Of a stretch of DNA of 64,000 nucleotides, positions 52,501 to 59,888 are shown in pieces. The notes beneath the pieces are model-generated. The model was not told the DNA's origin, made no database searches, and saw only the letters and a program-made list of their open reading frames with translations. The position numbers and the translations under genes were made by a program. The stretch is from a virus: the UHGV virus genome UHGV-0010228; one strand, 5' to 3'. The first letter of the stretch is position 1. Every line of letters begins with the position of its first letter.

Positions 52501-53007
52501 ATAGCTGGTGGTATTGATACTGGTCTTTATTATTCTACAAACGGTAAAGTATGGACTCAATCTAATATAACTAGTGGAGATTTTAGATCTGTATATAATG
52601 CTAATGGTATATGGGTAGCTGGTAGTGATAGTGATAATGGTCTATATTATTCTACAGATGGTAAAGTATGGACTCAATCTAATATAGATAATGGTAGTTT
52701 TAATACTGTATATTATGCTAATGATATATGGGTAGCTGGTAGTAGTGTTAATAAAGGTCTTTATTATTCTACAGATGGTAAATCGTGGACTCAATCTAAT
52801 ATAACTAGTGGAGATTTTAGATCTGTATATAATGCTAATGGTATAATTATTGCTGGTAGTTATAGTAGTAATGGTATATTTTATTCTACAGATGGTAAAT
52901 CATGGATTCAATCTAATATAAATAGTGGAGATTTTTATACTGTATATAATGCTAATGGTATATGGGTAGCTGGTAGTATTGATACTGGTCTTTATTATTC
53001 AGAATAA
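46546..53007 (+). CDS. giant (2153 aa) multidomain tail fibre/adhesin. N-terminal anchor, two YVTN-type beta-propeller-like regions, two arrays (about 10 and about 12) of BNR/Asp-box-like repeats. C-terminus ...GLYYSE.
   Basis: RBS GAAAGGAG. Collar NIVKGKTIFGVEGTGIP. Repeats such as GIQPDGKYLYTVAKVDNTTDKLSQYNAETGALV and LYYSTDGKTWTQSNITTGHFSAVYNTTGIWIAG. Confidence 0.8.
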   Translation: MPWFPTCGGVDTSDANVTPEDVLEGKIVYSHNGPVVGTIPSLPEKTWIPGPEEQVIPGGHYIAGTQTIKGDPNLYPENIVKGKTIFGVEGTGIPVEFNDPTFIEKLCVSDFKGKVDFSKDSEYFYTYGTSIINKHNSTTGEVIWSQSISDDTKKIYSNLYITPDDLLIYYGSKNGYLNSIIADSGISHLSVKVLDTTKSVEYIKGIENYKGSTFSLLLFVPNTTVIGRVDFIDTSTNNIETITIPSSYSIDVDDKDIYYYCNSSSPRKICKICTDSADNYEIETGTINSYGIQPDGKYLYTVAKVDNTTDKLSQYNAETGALVRSVNVDVNTRDNCSLLITDSLSEYIYLQNTRTIYRYSTDLLLNYANNPFLFTDGTVSSAVDSASVDSNGEYVYVSYLSEDTSELYKYKQVFGSIYPLENPDPYINIDRIIKRKKDTYKTYETPVEIWDDEYDSEIDSISCTDDGHYVYICTQNNGFIKMNSVNKKIIWSYNDGMSGYVVVDHNDKYVYVATNSALTKLDASNGNVVISLSDYARSRTAAYSIQNMTITDDNEYLVYINNNSSSASSSKIVKFKTSDMSVKWEKTPHTNYINQLDLVSKTGDIYFNKSSQIPIETDYILPFTGGVNNVVYFNSKYLLLPNKTFITNSETNTTEFTYYLGDTLNIAYMEKHTISTDGMNTNFSDYTITKIVASSYVCIIYVKGIDNASLTESETSLNKYYYTYDGVNWSEGSFGLYCPTSNIINCSNTFIYSASDKSTYNKLFSSYDGINWTENTNYTDTYTNGTVWGLGYVNSRYLLVSNILQYSTDFKTFSTATIASLPSETAVGENFANKYGEIHCVYIYSRYYLACADGIYYSSDLNTWTKCTFTYPTSADFPSELSYPLLMTNYSNYIYIIESASGNTAEISNYVRSIYITSTSQTSFNVTNIKAAPLLSETSSTSTLFVTGGCVSDNAIAGLYYSTDGKTWTQSNLTTGLFSDVCNFDIWVAGSSDDGLYYSIDGKTWTQSNITTGHFSAVYNTTGIWIAGSSIFDSKGLYYSTNGKTWFQSNITSGGFYTINYANDIYLACGEGLYYSTDGKTWEKTTVSGGYLTSGGFRNAYYADAMWVVCSNDDYCSYYSKDGKAWAQCEPAVEEDVFCNIVYYSNKSIWVAGSEQSNGLQYSTNGMSWTQSNISTGIIRTVCYGNNIVIAGGYNTGIYYSTDGKTWTQSNTTTGSFNLLYYYEDIYIAVSGNNKGLYYSTDGKTWTQSNITSGSFMTSIGESYHPVTTNNNNNYIYCNSRLASFPAVTADDTHSNTKYSIGSLENSKIQQLTYQDTRTTNTTYYGLSTFNNSTAILLGQFEGANQITDNYAYSTDSGATWTGAHMPKKGEWIHVGKLMSKYIAVCNSSNNLAIYESSDGKSWSQGSITNSNGNALANNMISINNDENDVKIKVITSPLISSFAIIVYTTIGINVEGYYVSSSLSTGSAFKVQNFSSNMTSTPLCAINDTSQKCMFLGWSNNGKFMYSDDMLLSLMNGDYYTEVTSSESISNWDMYSEITGVKLSDTQYLVSMQPTSSSSLVKVGLLDTSANTLTFRASTWYNGRFVAPANGKLYALNTYSVNGNSGGGKFTSITNYDTTNTVKDDVLPSDLSSSISKNDKTYTTLCSSGTNLITVINGEPYAYYTKNPLVISGGDDRYIRAIDFLTGNTIWSFSLSYAANGIYVSDDKKFVYATVNGNSSSANLYKYNINATNLSSMKYSTNSYSSAIFGNGDKIFTVKSSNGGILAAYDPEYLTNDYSLTGANDTSTGQEYGRCLTYDSAGDYIYAGTYMNTGKGHLHKYKLKEIEYEKIARVYKTTTTGEDTEGKVWTQSNINSGDFYTVYYGNSIWVAGSISGKGLYYSTNGKVWTQSNITSGDFRSVYNANGIWVAASDSDNGLYYSTDGKVWTQSNINSGYFYTVYYDNSIWVACSGKGIFYSTDGKSWTQSNINSGDFYTVYNANGIWIAGGIDTGLYYSTNGKVWTQSNITSGDFRSVYNANGIWVAGSDSDNGLYYSTDGKVWTQSNIDNGSFNTVYYANDIWVAGSSVNKGLYYSTDGKSWTQSNITSGDFRSVYNANGIIIAGSYSSNGIFYSTDGKSWIQSNINSGDFYTVYNANGIWVAGSIDTGLYYSE
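49405..50320 (+). repeat. tandem ~120-bp coding repeats (first BNR-like array of the giant gene)
   Basis: Periodic ...TATTATTCTACAGATGGTAAAACATGGACTCAATCTAAT... Confidence 0.75.
52081..53004 (+). repeat. tandem ~120-bp coding repeats (C-terminal BNR-like array). Units are about 95-100% identical to those at 41.5-41.9 kb and 62.3-64 kb.
   Basis: The 70-mer TATTATTCTACAGATGGTAAAGTATGGACTCAATCTAATATAGATAATGGTAGTTTTAATACTGTATAT occurs at ~41563 and ~52653. Confidence 0.85.
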
Positions 53008-53164
53008 TTTTATTTTTTAAATCTAAAAATTTATATTTAATATTAACACTTAATTCACACAAAAGAAGAGTTAAAAATATTAATATTTAATGATATTAAT
53101 ATTTTTCTATTAATAAATTTTGTGTTAATTGAGTAAATTCAATTAATAATTCAAATTTGTAATT

Positions 53165-53224
53165 AAAAAAAAATGTAGATGAGTATATATTTTAAAATAT
53201 ATACTCATCTACATTTTTTTTTTA
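53165..53224. terminator. strong bidirectional terminator (18-bp stem ATGTAGATGAGTATATAT/ATATATACTCATCTACAT between A9 and T9)
   Basis: Read directly from the sequence. Confidence 0.85.
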
Positions 53225-53387
53225 TCATCTATATCTCTCTTCATTCTCTATATATTTTTTTCTATAAATTAATATATAGATATTATTATATTAATTTATA
53301 GGTAAATAAGAGAGAAAAATAGTGAATGACTAATATTAGTCATTCACTATTTTAATATATTTAAATATTTATTAGCTTCATCATTAC

Positions 53388-53681
53388 TTATCTTACACGT
53401 TCACGATAATGCTTACTCCGTAAAGTATTTATTATATTATACATTTCATCTTTACTCATGAATCGAAGCTGATTATCTAATTTATACACATAAAATTTTG
53501 TGGTACCTAAATCAGATTTAAACGTTACTGCTGAAAAAGATATACCTTTGACTTTAAAATATTTAATTTTTGACTTGATATTTGGATTTGAGTTAGTAAT
53601 CTCTTTACCTTTTTCTTTAGCTTGAATCTTATAGAATTCGATAAAGAATTTTTCATTAAGAGTAGTCCGTTTAAAAGGTTA
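53388..53681 (-). pseudogene. start-less 96-codon open frame, in frame with and just downstream of the MFDLY-2 stop and separated from it by three in-frame TAA codons. Probable gene remnant.
   Basis: Hand translation gives PFKRTTLNEKFFIEFYKIQAKEKGKEITNSNPNIKSKIKYFKVKGISFSAVTFKSDLGTTKFYVYKLDNQLRFMSKDEMYNIINTLRSKHYRERVR. The only ATG is near its end. Coordinates are +/- a few nt. Confidence 0.2.
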
Positions 53682-53693
53682 TATAATTAATTA

Positions 53694-54704
53694 TTAATTT
53701 GGCGATACTATTAATTTAGATATAATTGCGCTTATTCTGGTATAATGAGATGATAAATATTTAGTTTTTTTGAGAATGAGTTCATGTATATTAGTTCCTG
53801 TACGGCCGTCACCTATGCGTTGTCGTGCAATACGTAATCCGTTGTCATTTTTCATATTAAATTCGTAATTTCCATGATGAGTTTTTAACTCATTCAGTCT
53901 GTTATTGATAAAATTTAAGATAATACCGGCGCTCTTGTTTAATTTCGATACTTTATTTAAAAGTGTAATATAATGTTTTTCAACACTAGGTATCTTACTC
54001 GTTAATAGATTAGATCCTTTATTCGCTATACTATTTTCCAATTTTGTTAATTGAGAATCAATCTCATCATTAGAATAACGACGGCTATTATCCTCATAAT
54101 ATTCTAAGCGATCTTCTGCCTTATCATCTGATATTATTTTTGTTCCTCGTTTAGCTTCGAGAATTATTATATTTAACGCTTCGTTATATCTATTAGCTTC
54201 CACATCTATATAATCTGCTATTCTTACCAAGAATCTCAAATCAATTTCTAAGTCTTTTTTCAATTGATTACCTTTTAATTTAGGGCTTTTATATCTACTA
54301 GTCTTTTCAGGCTCTGGTAAACTTTTAACTATTGGCTTATCTTCTTCTTTACCATCACTTTTTAATCTTCTTCTAGTTATATTCTTACCTCTACCTTTAG
54401 CAAATTTATTAGATGTAGAAGTAGATAAATTATCTTCATCATTTTCTTCTGGATATGGTTCTTCTTCATCTTCTTCTTCTATTGATTTATTTCCTCTATT
54501 TTTAATAAAGTTTTTAACAGATTCCCACGCTTTCTTTATCTTTTTACCTAATTCTCCTAATTTATTCGTTATAGTTTCCCATATTTTCTTTAACCATCCC
54601 CATATAGTACTACCTACATTTTTTACTTTATCTATAATACCTTCATATGCATAATCATTATCTATTATATTATATGATTCTAATGTATTATATAAATCAA
54701 ACAT
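53694..54704 (-). CDS. alpha-helical hypothetical protein, MFDLY family copy 2 (336 aa; N-terminal 36 aa identical to 37910..38734)
   Basis: RBS GGAGGTATTATA identical to copy 1. Confidence 0.65.
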   Translation of the reverse strand: MFDLYNTLESYNIIDNDYAYEGIIDKVKNVGSTIWGWLKKIWETITNKLGELGKKIKKAWESVKNFIKNRGNKSIEEEDEEEPYPEENDEDNLSTSTSNKFAKGRGKNITRRRLKSDGKEEDKPIVKSLPEPEKTSRYKSPKLKGNQLKKDLEIDLRFLVRIADYIDVEANRYNEALNIIILEAKRGTKIISDDKAEDRLEYYEDNSRRYSNDEIDSQLTKLENSIANKGSNLLTSKIPSVEKHYITLLNKVSKLNKSAGIILNFINNRLNELKTHHGNYEFNMKNDNGLRIARQRIGDGRTGTNIHELILKKTKYLSSHYTRISAIISKLIVSPN

Positions 54705-54763
54705 TATAATACCTCCTTATATTATATAATATTAATATAATGTATAACAAAAAAAAAACAAAT

Positions 54764-54785
54764 GAATGACTAATAATAGTCATTC
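54764..54785 (-). promoter_or_regulatory. operator-like palindrome GAATGACTA-ATAA-TAGTCATTC (a copy of 37828..37849 in inverted orientation, preceded by A10)
   Basis: See 37828..37860. Confidence 0.5.
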
Positions 54786-54898
54786 TCTATTCTCTATTAT
54801 AACCTATAAATTAATATAATTATTCTATACTATAGATATTATTATATTAATTTATAGGTAAATAAGAGAGAAAGTAATAGATAGAGTAATGATAGATA

Positions 54899-54926
54899 GA
54901 GTATACATCGTCTTAGATGTATACTC
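54899..54926 (+). terminator. hairpin (GAGTATACAT-cgtcttag-ATGTATACTC) between the promoter module and the fibre gene
   Basis: 10-bp stem. It overlaps the tracked but unlikely ATG at 54917. Confidence 0.4.
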
Positions 54927-54940
54927 ATATATTATTCGCC

Positions 54941-54958
54941 TCAAAACACCATGATAAA
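54941..54958 (+). promoter_or_regulatory. conserved fibre-gene upstream motif TCAAAACACCATGATAAA
   Basis: See 43155..43172. Confidence 0.5.
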
Positions 54959-54997
54959 TTTTATATAAACCATAAATCCCTGAAAGGAGTGATTATA

Positions 54998-57900
54998 TTG
55001 GCATGGTATACAGCAGTTAATGCACATGATACATCAGATGCTACTGCATCTGATAATGATATTAGAAAAGGTAAAACTGCATATGTTAATAATAAATTAG
55101 TTACTGGTACAATGCCAGAAAAAGCTGCTGCTACATATACACCATCAACGAAAGATCAAACTATAACTAGTGGAGTATATTTAGCCGGAGATCAGACTAT
55201 AAAAGGAGATTCTAATCTCATATCTGATAATATAGTTAGAAAAAAATCAATATTTGGAGTTGAAGGAAATCAAATTCCTATAGAATTTAATGATCAAGTA
55301 AAGATGCTGAGTGGGATTACTCACGAAACTATAACCTATGATAATGAAAAAATATTAACATCTTTTAATAAAAATACCAATGCCGCTGTAATAATGAGCG
55401 CAATTAGATTAAATGATGAAAATTATAATGTAACGAAAGTTTATTCATATAAGATATTATTTACATATTTGTCATTAGATACATATGATGTAGTATCATC
55501 ATCAACATTCATTATTTGTAGATCTAAAATTGATGGTTATGCTGATAGTGATACTGATGAAATAATACAATCTAGAAATAACTTTACTACTACAAATTTC
55601 TTTCCTGTAACTGAAAGACCAATGATAACTAGTATTTCATTAGAAAATGATGGAATAGTACTTGTATCTATGAGAGGAATCAGTTCATACATTGGATCTG
55701 GTGCTAATTTTCAAAATATAGCAAAAATCGATCTGAAAAACGGAAAATTGATATCAACAATGTCAATTCTTGATGATTATGTAAATCATATATCAAATGC
55801 AGTTAATTGTGTGAAAATGATTGATGATAATATTTATATAGATGGTCCTGCAACACAGCCGGGATTAAATTATATAACAGTTGATGGTGCATATTCAATA
55901 TCGCCATACTCATCGGCAATTAATGGATATATATTATATGAATATCATAATGATATAAGCACTGAACCTATACAATATTATGTTGTAACCGAACAATATA
56001 ATTCATCGTTAGGTATATATGAACCAAAACTATCTGAGAAAAAACAGATCCCAGCATATGGTTGGTGTATGGATAGATACTCTAGAATTATGCTTACTGA
56101 TTATCATAATGCTAATGTCTGGGACTATATATGTTATTTTAACGGATATTACTATATAATATTTGGTTTGGCATATGATGATCATTTATTAAGAACTACA
56201 GATTTTTCTAATTTTGATTATATTAGCTTTACTGATGATTTTAAAATTTCATTTTACAGTAATCGAACTGCCATGGTATCTGCTCTTATTTCAGATACAG
56301 TAAATAATAAATTATTATTTTTATGCACTGACGATCATCGTTTTGCTATATATGATGGTACTACTAATAAAACATCATATTTAGCCTTACCATATGATAA
56401 CTATAATACAGGATATAATGGATTTACAACACTTAGAAGTGCGGCATTTGACTATAATAAAACCTTCGTATTTCATTTTGGACAAAATAGTGCAAATTCA
56501 AAAGATTATCCAGATCCAACGAATAACTATATTTTCGTGACAACAAATTATGGATCGTCATACACAGTTATTGACATTAAAGATATCTTTTCAGAAGCTA
56601 TACAAAATCAGCTAAGCGGTTATTCGATTAATTATGGCATTGGTCTTGGATATATAAATGAAGCTTTTTATATATTTTCAACAGCTAGAAATTCTAATTC
56701 ATCGAGTTATAATAGCTATGTTATAATATCTAAATCTATTGATGGACTTAATTGGGAAACACCTACATTAGTATATAATAGCGACACATATTATACAACA
56801 CATTCAAAAAAAAGTATTGCCGGTGATAGTAATAATACTATAGTAATCATAACCACATCAGAACGAAATAATGATGATAGTACAAGAGTAGGATATATAT
56901 ATTCAAGGGATAATGGGGTATCATGGTCATCAATAAATACATTAAGATCTTCTTTTACTGCGAATGGTACTATCGCAACCTCAATTGCATATGGTAATGG
57001 AAAATTTATTGTTACAATTAGCTGTTCTGATGATGATTATGTTAGAATATACTATAGTACAAATGGGTCGTCGTGGTCAAGCACATCTTTATCAATCAAT
57101 AGTGATAAAGAGTGTTGTTATAGAGTTTCGTATTGTAATGATCGCTTTATAATGATGCCATCATGGGGCTATAGATTTTTTTATAGCACAGATGGTATAT
57201 CTTGGACATCATCTGCTGCGCTATATAATAGAGGATCATGCAAAATAACTATAAAACCATATATGCTGACTGATTCTAGATACTCATTGTATTTTAACAA
57301 TTCTTCATATTCTTCACAATATCTTGAAAAGATATTATACATTGTACCGGACTATTGTTCGAGTCTTGGTTGGAGCAGTTATGGTATAAATAAAACGATA
57401 GGAACTCTTGATGGCTCATCGTGGTATTTGTATAAACGTAATGATTCTTTTTCTATTTCAGCTCCTGATTGGTTATCTGATACTTACTATCCTAATAAAA
57501 GTTACGAATGTGATGATGAGAAATCCTTTACAAATAATATTTATATTGGCATGAGTTATGGTACAGACCCAACCTCATCAATATATGGAAAGTACCCATT
57601 TTACACAACTAATGGGCGACAGATATATGCATGGACAGCAATGATTTCTGTGCTTGCTCAGCTTAAATCAATTACTACCAATATGGTTGATTATTTTTGT
57701 GTATTCTATAGCACATATTATAATAAATATTTAATTATACTTACTATATATGATAAACCGAATTCAAAACGTGTTACGTATATGTACTATACCACATCTA
57801 TCGGAACTGCAACTGTAAATAGTTACAATTTTGATTCTGCCGATTTTCACGACAATTTTGTTTCTGCTATAGATATGTCCACTCTTAGTATGTATGAAGA

Positions 57901-59269
57901 ATTAGATATTGGGAAAATTGTCTTTTATAGTAAAACTGGGCTCGCAATTTTTAAATTTAATGCCAATGGAACAGCTATTGATAGTGTATCAATCACAAAA
58001 TTATCTTTTACTGATAATACTATATATAAATACAACAATAAATATTATACATATATTTCATCAAATGATAATATTAAAATTTATGAATCGTCAAATCTTT
58101 CAGATTGGACAACAAAGACTATTTCAGAATGTAATATTTTTAAAATAATAAATCAAGGGGTTGCCTCTTCCAATATTGGAAAGAGTGCTGAAAATTATAG
58201 TTATATGACTCTTGGCAACATTCGCTTATCATTAGGGCTTATTCCATTTAGTGATAAGGGTTATGGTGGCGATGAAATTAACAGTAGTTATAGCAAATCG
58301 ATATCGTCTCCTGGCATATATTTATATGACAGTAGTTCTAATATGGAATATTTAATGTGTATAGATGCTAATTTAATACGAATAGTTCGATCTCAAAAAA
58401 TGAATAATATTGGTGGTGCGCTAGCATCTAATAATTTAGTGCTGTTACATAGTCAAAAAAATAGTAAAAAGGTGCTATACTATATTCATCCAAAGTCTAA
58501 ATCGGGGTATCGAACTTCATTATATAAACTAAATGATGATAGTGATTCATACACAATCATCGACGATTCCCCAAACGATTATATTGATGGCGATGTTATT
58601 GATATATTACAAATATCTGAAACTAGATATATTACAGTAAATAAGCGCAGATTATTATCTACAGCTTTAGGTGTAGAATATGCCAGACCTATGGAATATC
58701 TTATTAATTATTATACTATAAATGAGGGTAAGGCAGATACAAAACAAAATACTATCGCTATATCTGTAAATCCTACTAATTATACATTTACATATTTACA
58801 TAGTATATATTCTAATTCATATATATATACAACATTCTTAAGAAGTGATAATAGGATGATACGATATACTCAAACAAATGATATTGAATCATCATTGACC
58901 GATATACCAGTATCATCTATATCAGGCGTTTCAACATTCGGTGGAGCACTTGTTACTTCGGATTATATATATATAATACGCACAAATAATATTTTACAAA
59001 AGCTATATCGAGGAACCACGTCAATTGGATCATCAATATGGAAATTTACAATTCCACAGACAAATACTAATGAATCATTTATTAAAATTGATATAGATTC
59101 TAGGGGAAATATATGGTGTATTTCACAATATAGAACTGTAATATTAGTAGAGTCAGTAGGCTCTGCATATCTCAAATCTAATAAAACTAATGATCCTGCA
59201 TATATTGCAATAAATAACAGGTCTGAAGAATATAATGATCTATATGATGTTTTTTATATATATGATTAA
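54998..59269 (+). CDS. giant (about 1424 aa) tail fibre/adhesin. Anchor (M)AWYTAV...RKGKTAYVNNKLVTGTMP, collar NIVRKKSIFGVEGNQIP, degenerate Asp-box repeats (YIYSRDNGVSWSS, IYYSTNGSSWSS, FFYSTDGISWTSS). Probable TTG start.
   Basis: RBS GAAAGGAG 7 nt before the TTG. Its N-terminus is homologous to the ATG-initiated MAWYEY and MPWFP paralogues. The tracked ATG at 54917 has no SD and lies inside a hairpin. Confidence 0.7.
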   Translation: MAWYTAVNAHDTSDATASDNDIRKGKTAYVNNKLVTGTMPEKAAATYTPSTKDQTITSGVYLAGDQTIKGDSNLISDNIVRKKSIFGVEGNQIPIEFNDQVKMLSGITHETITYDNEKILTSFNKNTNAAVIMSAIRLNDENYNVTKVYSYKILFTYLSLDTYDVVSSSTFIICRSKIDGYADSDTDEIIQSRNNFTTTNFFPVTERPMITSISLENDGIVLVSMRGISSYIGSGANFQNIAKIDLKNGKLISTMSILDDYVNHISNAVNCVKMIDDNIYIDGPATQPGLNYITVDGAYSISPYSSAINGYILYEYHNDISTEPIQYYVVTEQYNSSLGIYEPKLSEKKQIPAYGWCMDRYSRIMLTDYHNANVWDYICYFNGYYYIIFGLAYDDHLLRTTDFSNFDYISFTDDFKISFYSNRTAMVSALISDTVNNKLLFLCTDDHRFAIYDGTTNKTSYLALPYDNYNTGYNGFTTLRSAAFDYNKTFVFHFGQNSANSKDYPDPTNNYIFVTTNYGSSYTVIDIKDIFSEAIQNQLSGYSINYGIGLGYINEAFYIFSTARNSNSSSYNSYVIISKSIDGLNWETPTLVYNSDTYYTTHSKKSIAGDSNNTIVIITTSERNNDDSTRVGYIYSRDNGVSWSSINTLRSSFTANGTIATSIAYGNGKFIVTISCSDDDYVRIYYSTNGSSWSSTSLSINSDKECCYRVSYCNDRFIMMPSWGYRFFYSTDGISWTSSAALYNRGSCKITIKPYMLTDSRYSLYFNNSSYSSQYLEKILYIVPDYCSSLGWSSYGINKTIGTLDGSSWYLYKRNDSFSISAPDWLSDTYYPNKSYECDDEKSFTNNIYIGMSYGTDPTSSIYGKYPFYTTNGRQIYAWTAMISVLAQLKSITTNMVDYFCVFYSTYYNKYLIILTIYDKPNSKRVTYMYYTTSIGTATVNSYNFDSADFHDNFVSAIDMSTLSMYEELDIGKIVFYSKTGLAIFKFNANGTAIDSVSITKLSFTDNTIYKYNNKYYTYISSNDNIKIYESSNLSDWTTKTISECNIFKIINQGVASSNIGKSAENYSYMTLGNIRLSLGLIPFSDKGYGGDEINSSYSKSISSPGIYLYDSSSNMEYLMCIDANLIRIVRSQKMNNIGGALASNNLVLLHSQKNSKKVLYYIHPKSKSGYRTSLYKLNDDSDSYTIIDDSPNDYIDGDVIDILQISETRYITVNKRRLLSTALGVEYARPMEYLINYYTINEGKADTKQNTIAISVNPTNYTFTYLHSIYSNSYIYTTFLRSDNRMIRYTQTNDIESSLTDIPVSSISGVSTFGGALVTSDYIYIIRTNNILQKLYRGTTSIGSSIWKFTIPQTNTNESFIKIDIDSRGNIWCISQYRTVILVESVGSAYLKSNKTNDPAYIAINNRSEEYNDLYDVFYIYD

Positions 59270-59353
59270 ATATATTATATGCAATAAACTTATATATAAA
59301 AATGATATTTCAAATCTCAAAAAATGTAAATTATTAATGGAGGTATTATTATA

Positions 59354-59710
59354 ATGGCTGATACTAGAAAGTTTATCAGAACAGATGCTAATGAACTCAT
59401 CACATTTACGCATTATATGCCATTTGATGCAGTTCATGGTATGAAGAAGACAGAAGCTGAACTTCTTGAATCTGGTGGTTATCTTGTAGACGATATTCCA
59501 ACAGCAACAGATGTTCCAGAAGGAAAGATAGCTTCAACTCACTATAATCCAACTAAGGGATTCTATTTCACTTATGAGGATGCTCCAGAACCAGTTGTTG
59601 AAGATTCTCCAGAAACTTTAACTGCGAAGGTAGCTGCTCTTGAAGAGTCAAATGAAACAATGGCAGAACTTCTTGACCAGATACTTATGGGTGAAGTTGA
59701 AATTGCTTAA
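59354..59710 (+). CDS. small acidic protein, possibly XkdW-like (often found after tail-fibre genes in Firmicutes phages)
   Basis: RBS TGGAGGTA. 118 aa. Pro/Glu-rich middle and a helical C-terminus (LTAKVAALEESNETMAELLDQIL). Confidence 0.45.
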   Translation: MADTRKFIRTDANELITFTHYMPFDAVHGMKKTEAELLESGGYLVDDIPTATDVPEGKIASTHYNPTKGFYFTYEDAPEPVVEDSPETLTAKVAALEESNETMAELLDQILMGEVEIA

Positions 59711-59726
59711 AGGAGGAAATCTTAAT

Positions 59727-59840
59727 ATGGCAAAGTATCTTGCAATGAGAATCAAGGCTGGAAAGCTTGATAAGGATGAAGTATATGCTAGATATCCTAA
59801 GTATAAGGGTGCAATCGAAGCTATACTCGCCGAAGAGTAA
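59727..59840 (+). CDS. 37-aa protein (MAKYLAMRIKAGKLDKDEVYARYPKYKGAIEAILAEE), possibly XkdX-like
   Basis: RBS AAAGGAGGAAAT. The tracked ORF starts upstream, inside the previous gene. Confidence 0.4.
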   Translation: MAKYLAMRIKAGKLDKDEVYARYPKYKGAIEAILAEE

Positions 59841-59883
59841 AAAAAAAAGAAAACGAGAGGTAAGCATTGCTTACCTCTCTTAT
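59840..59883. terminator. bidirectional terminator (A10, then GAGAGGTAAGC-att-GCTTACCTCTC)
   Basis: 11-bp GC-containing stem between convergent genes. Confidence 0.8.
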
Positions 59884-59888
59884 ATTTG

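Noticed and set aside
33793-54900. Site-specific invertase-driven shufflon (Gin/Cin/Hin-like) controlling the inverted fibre segments
   Set aside because: No serine or tyrosine recombinase gene was recognised in the window. The inverted repeats are hundreds of bp long and include whole promoters and N-termini, which fits homologous recombination better than short crossover sites. It is retained only as a possibility of recombinational inversion.
54917-54997. ATG at 54917 as the start of the 1450-aa ORF (as listed in the track)
   Set aside because: No SD upstream. The ATG lies inside a hairpin and upstream of the conserved fibre promoter motif. A TTG at 54998 has a perfect GAAAGGAG RBS and gives an N-terminus homologous to the MAWYEY and MPWFP paralogues.
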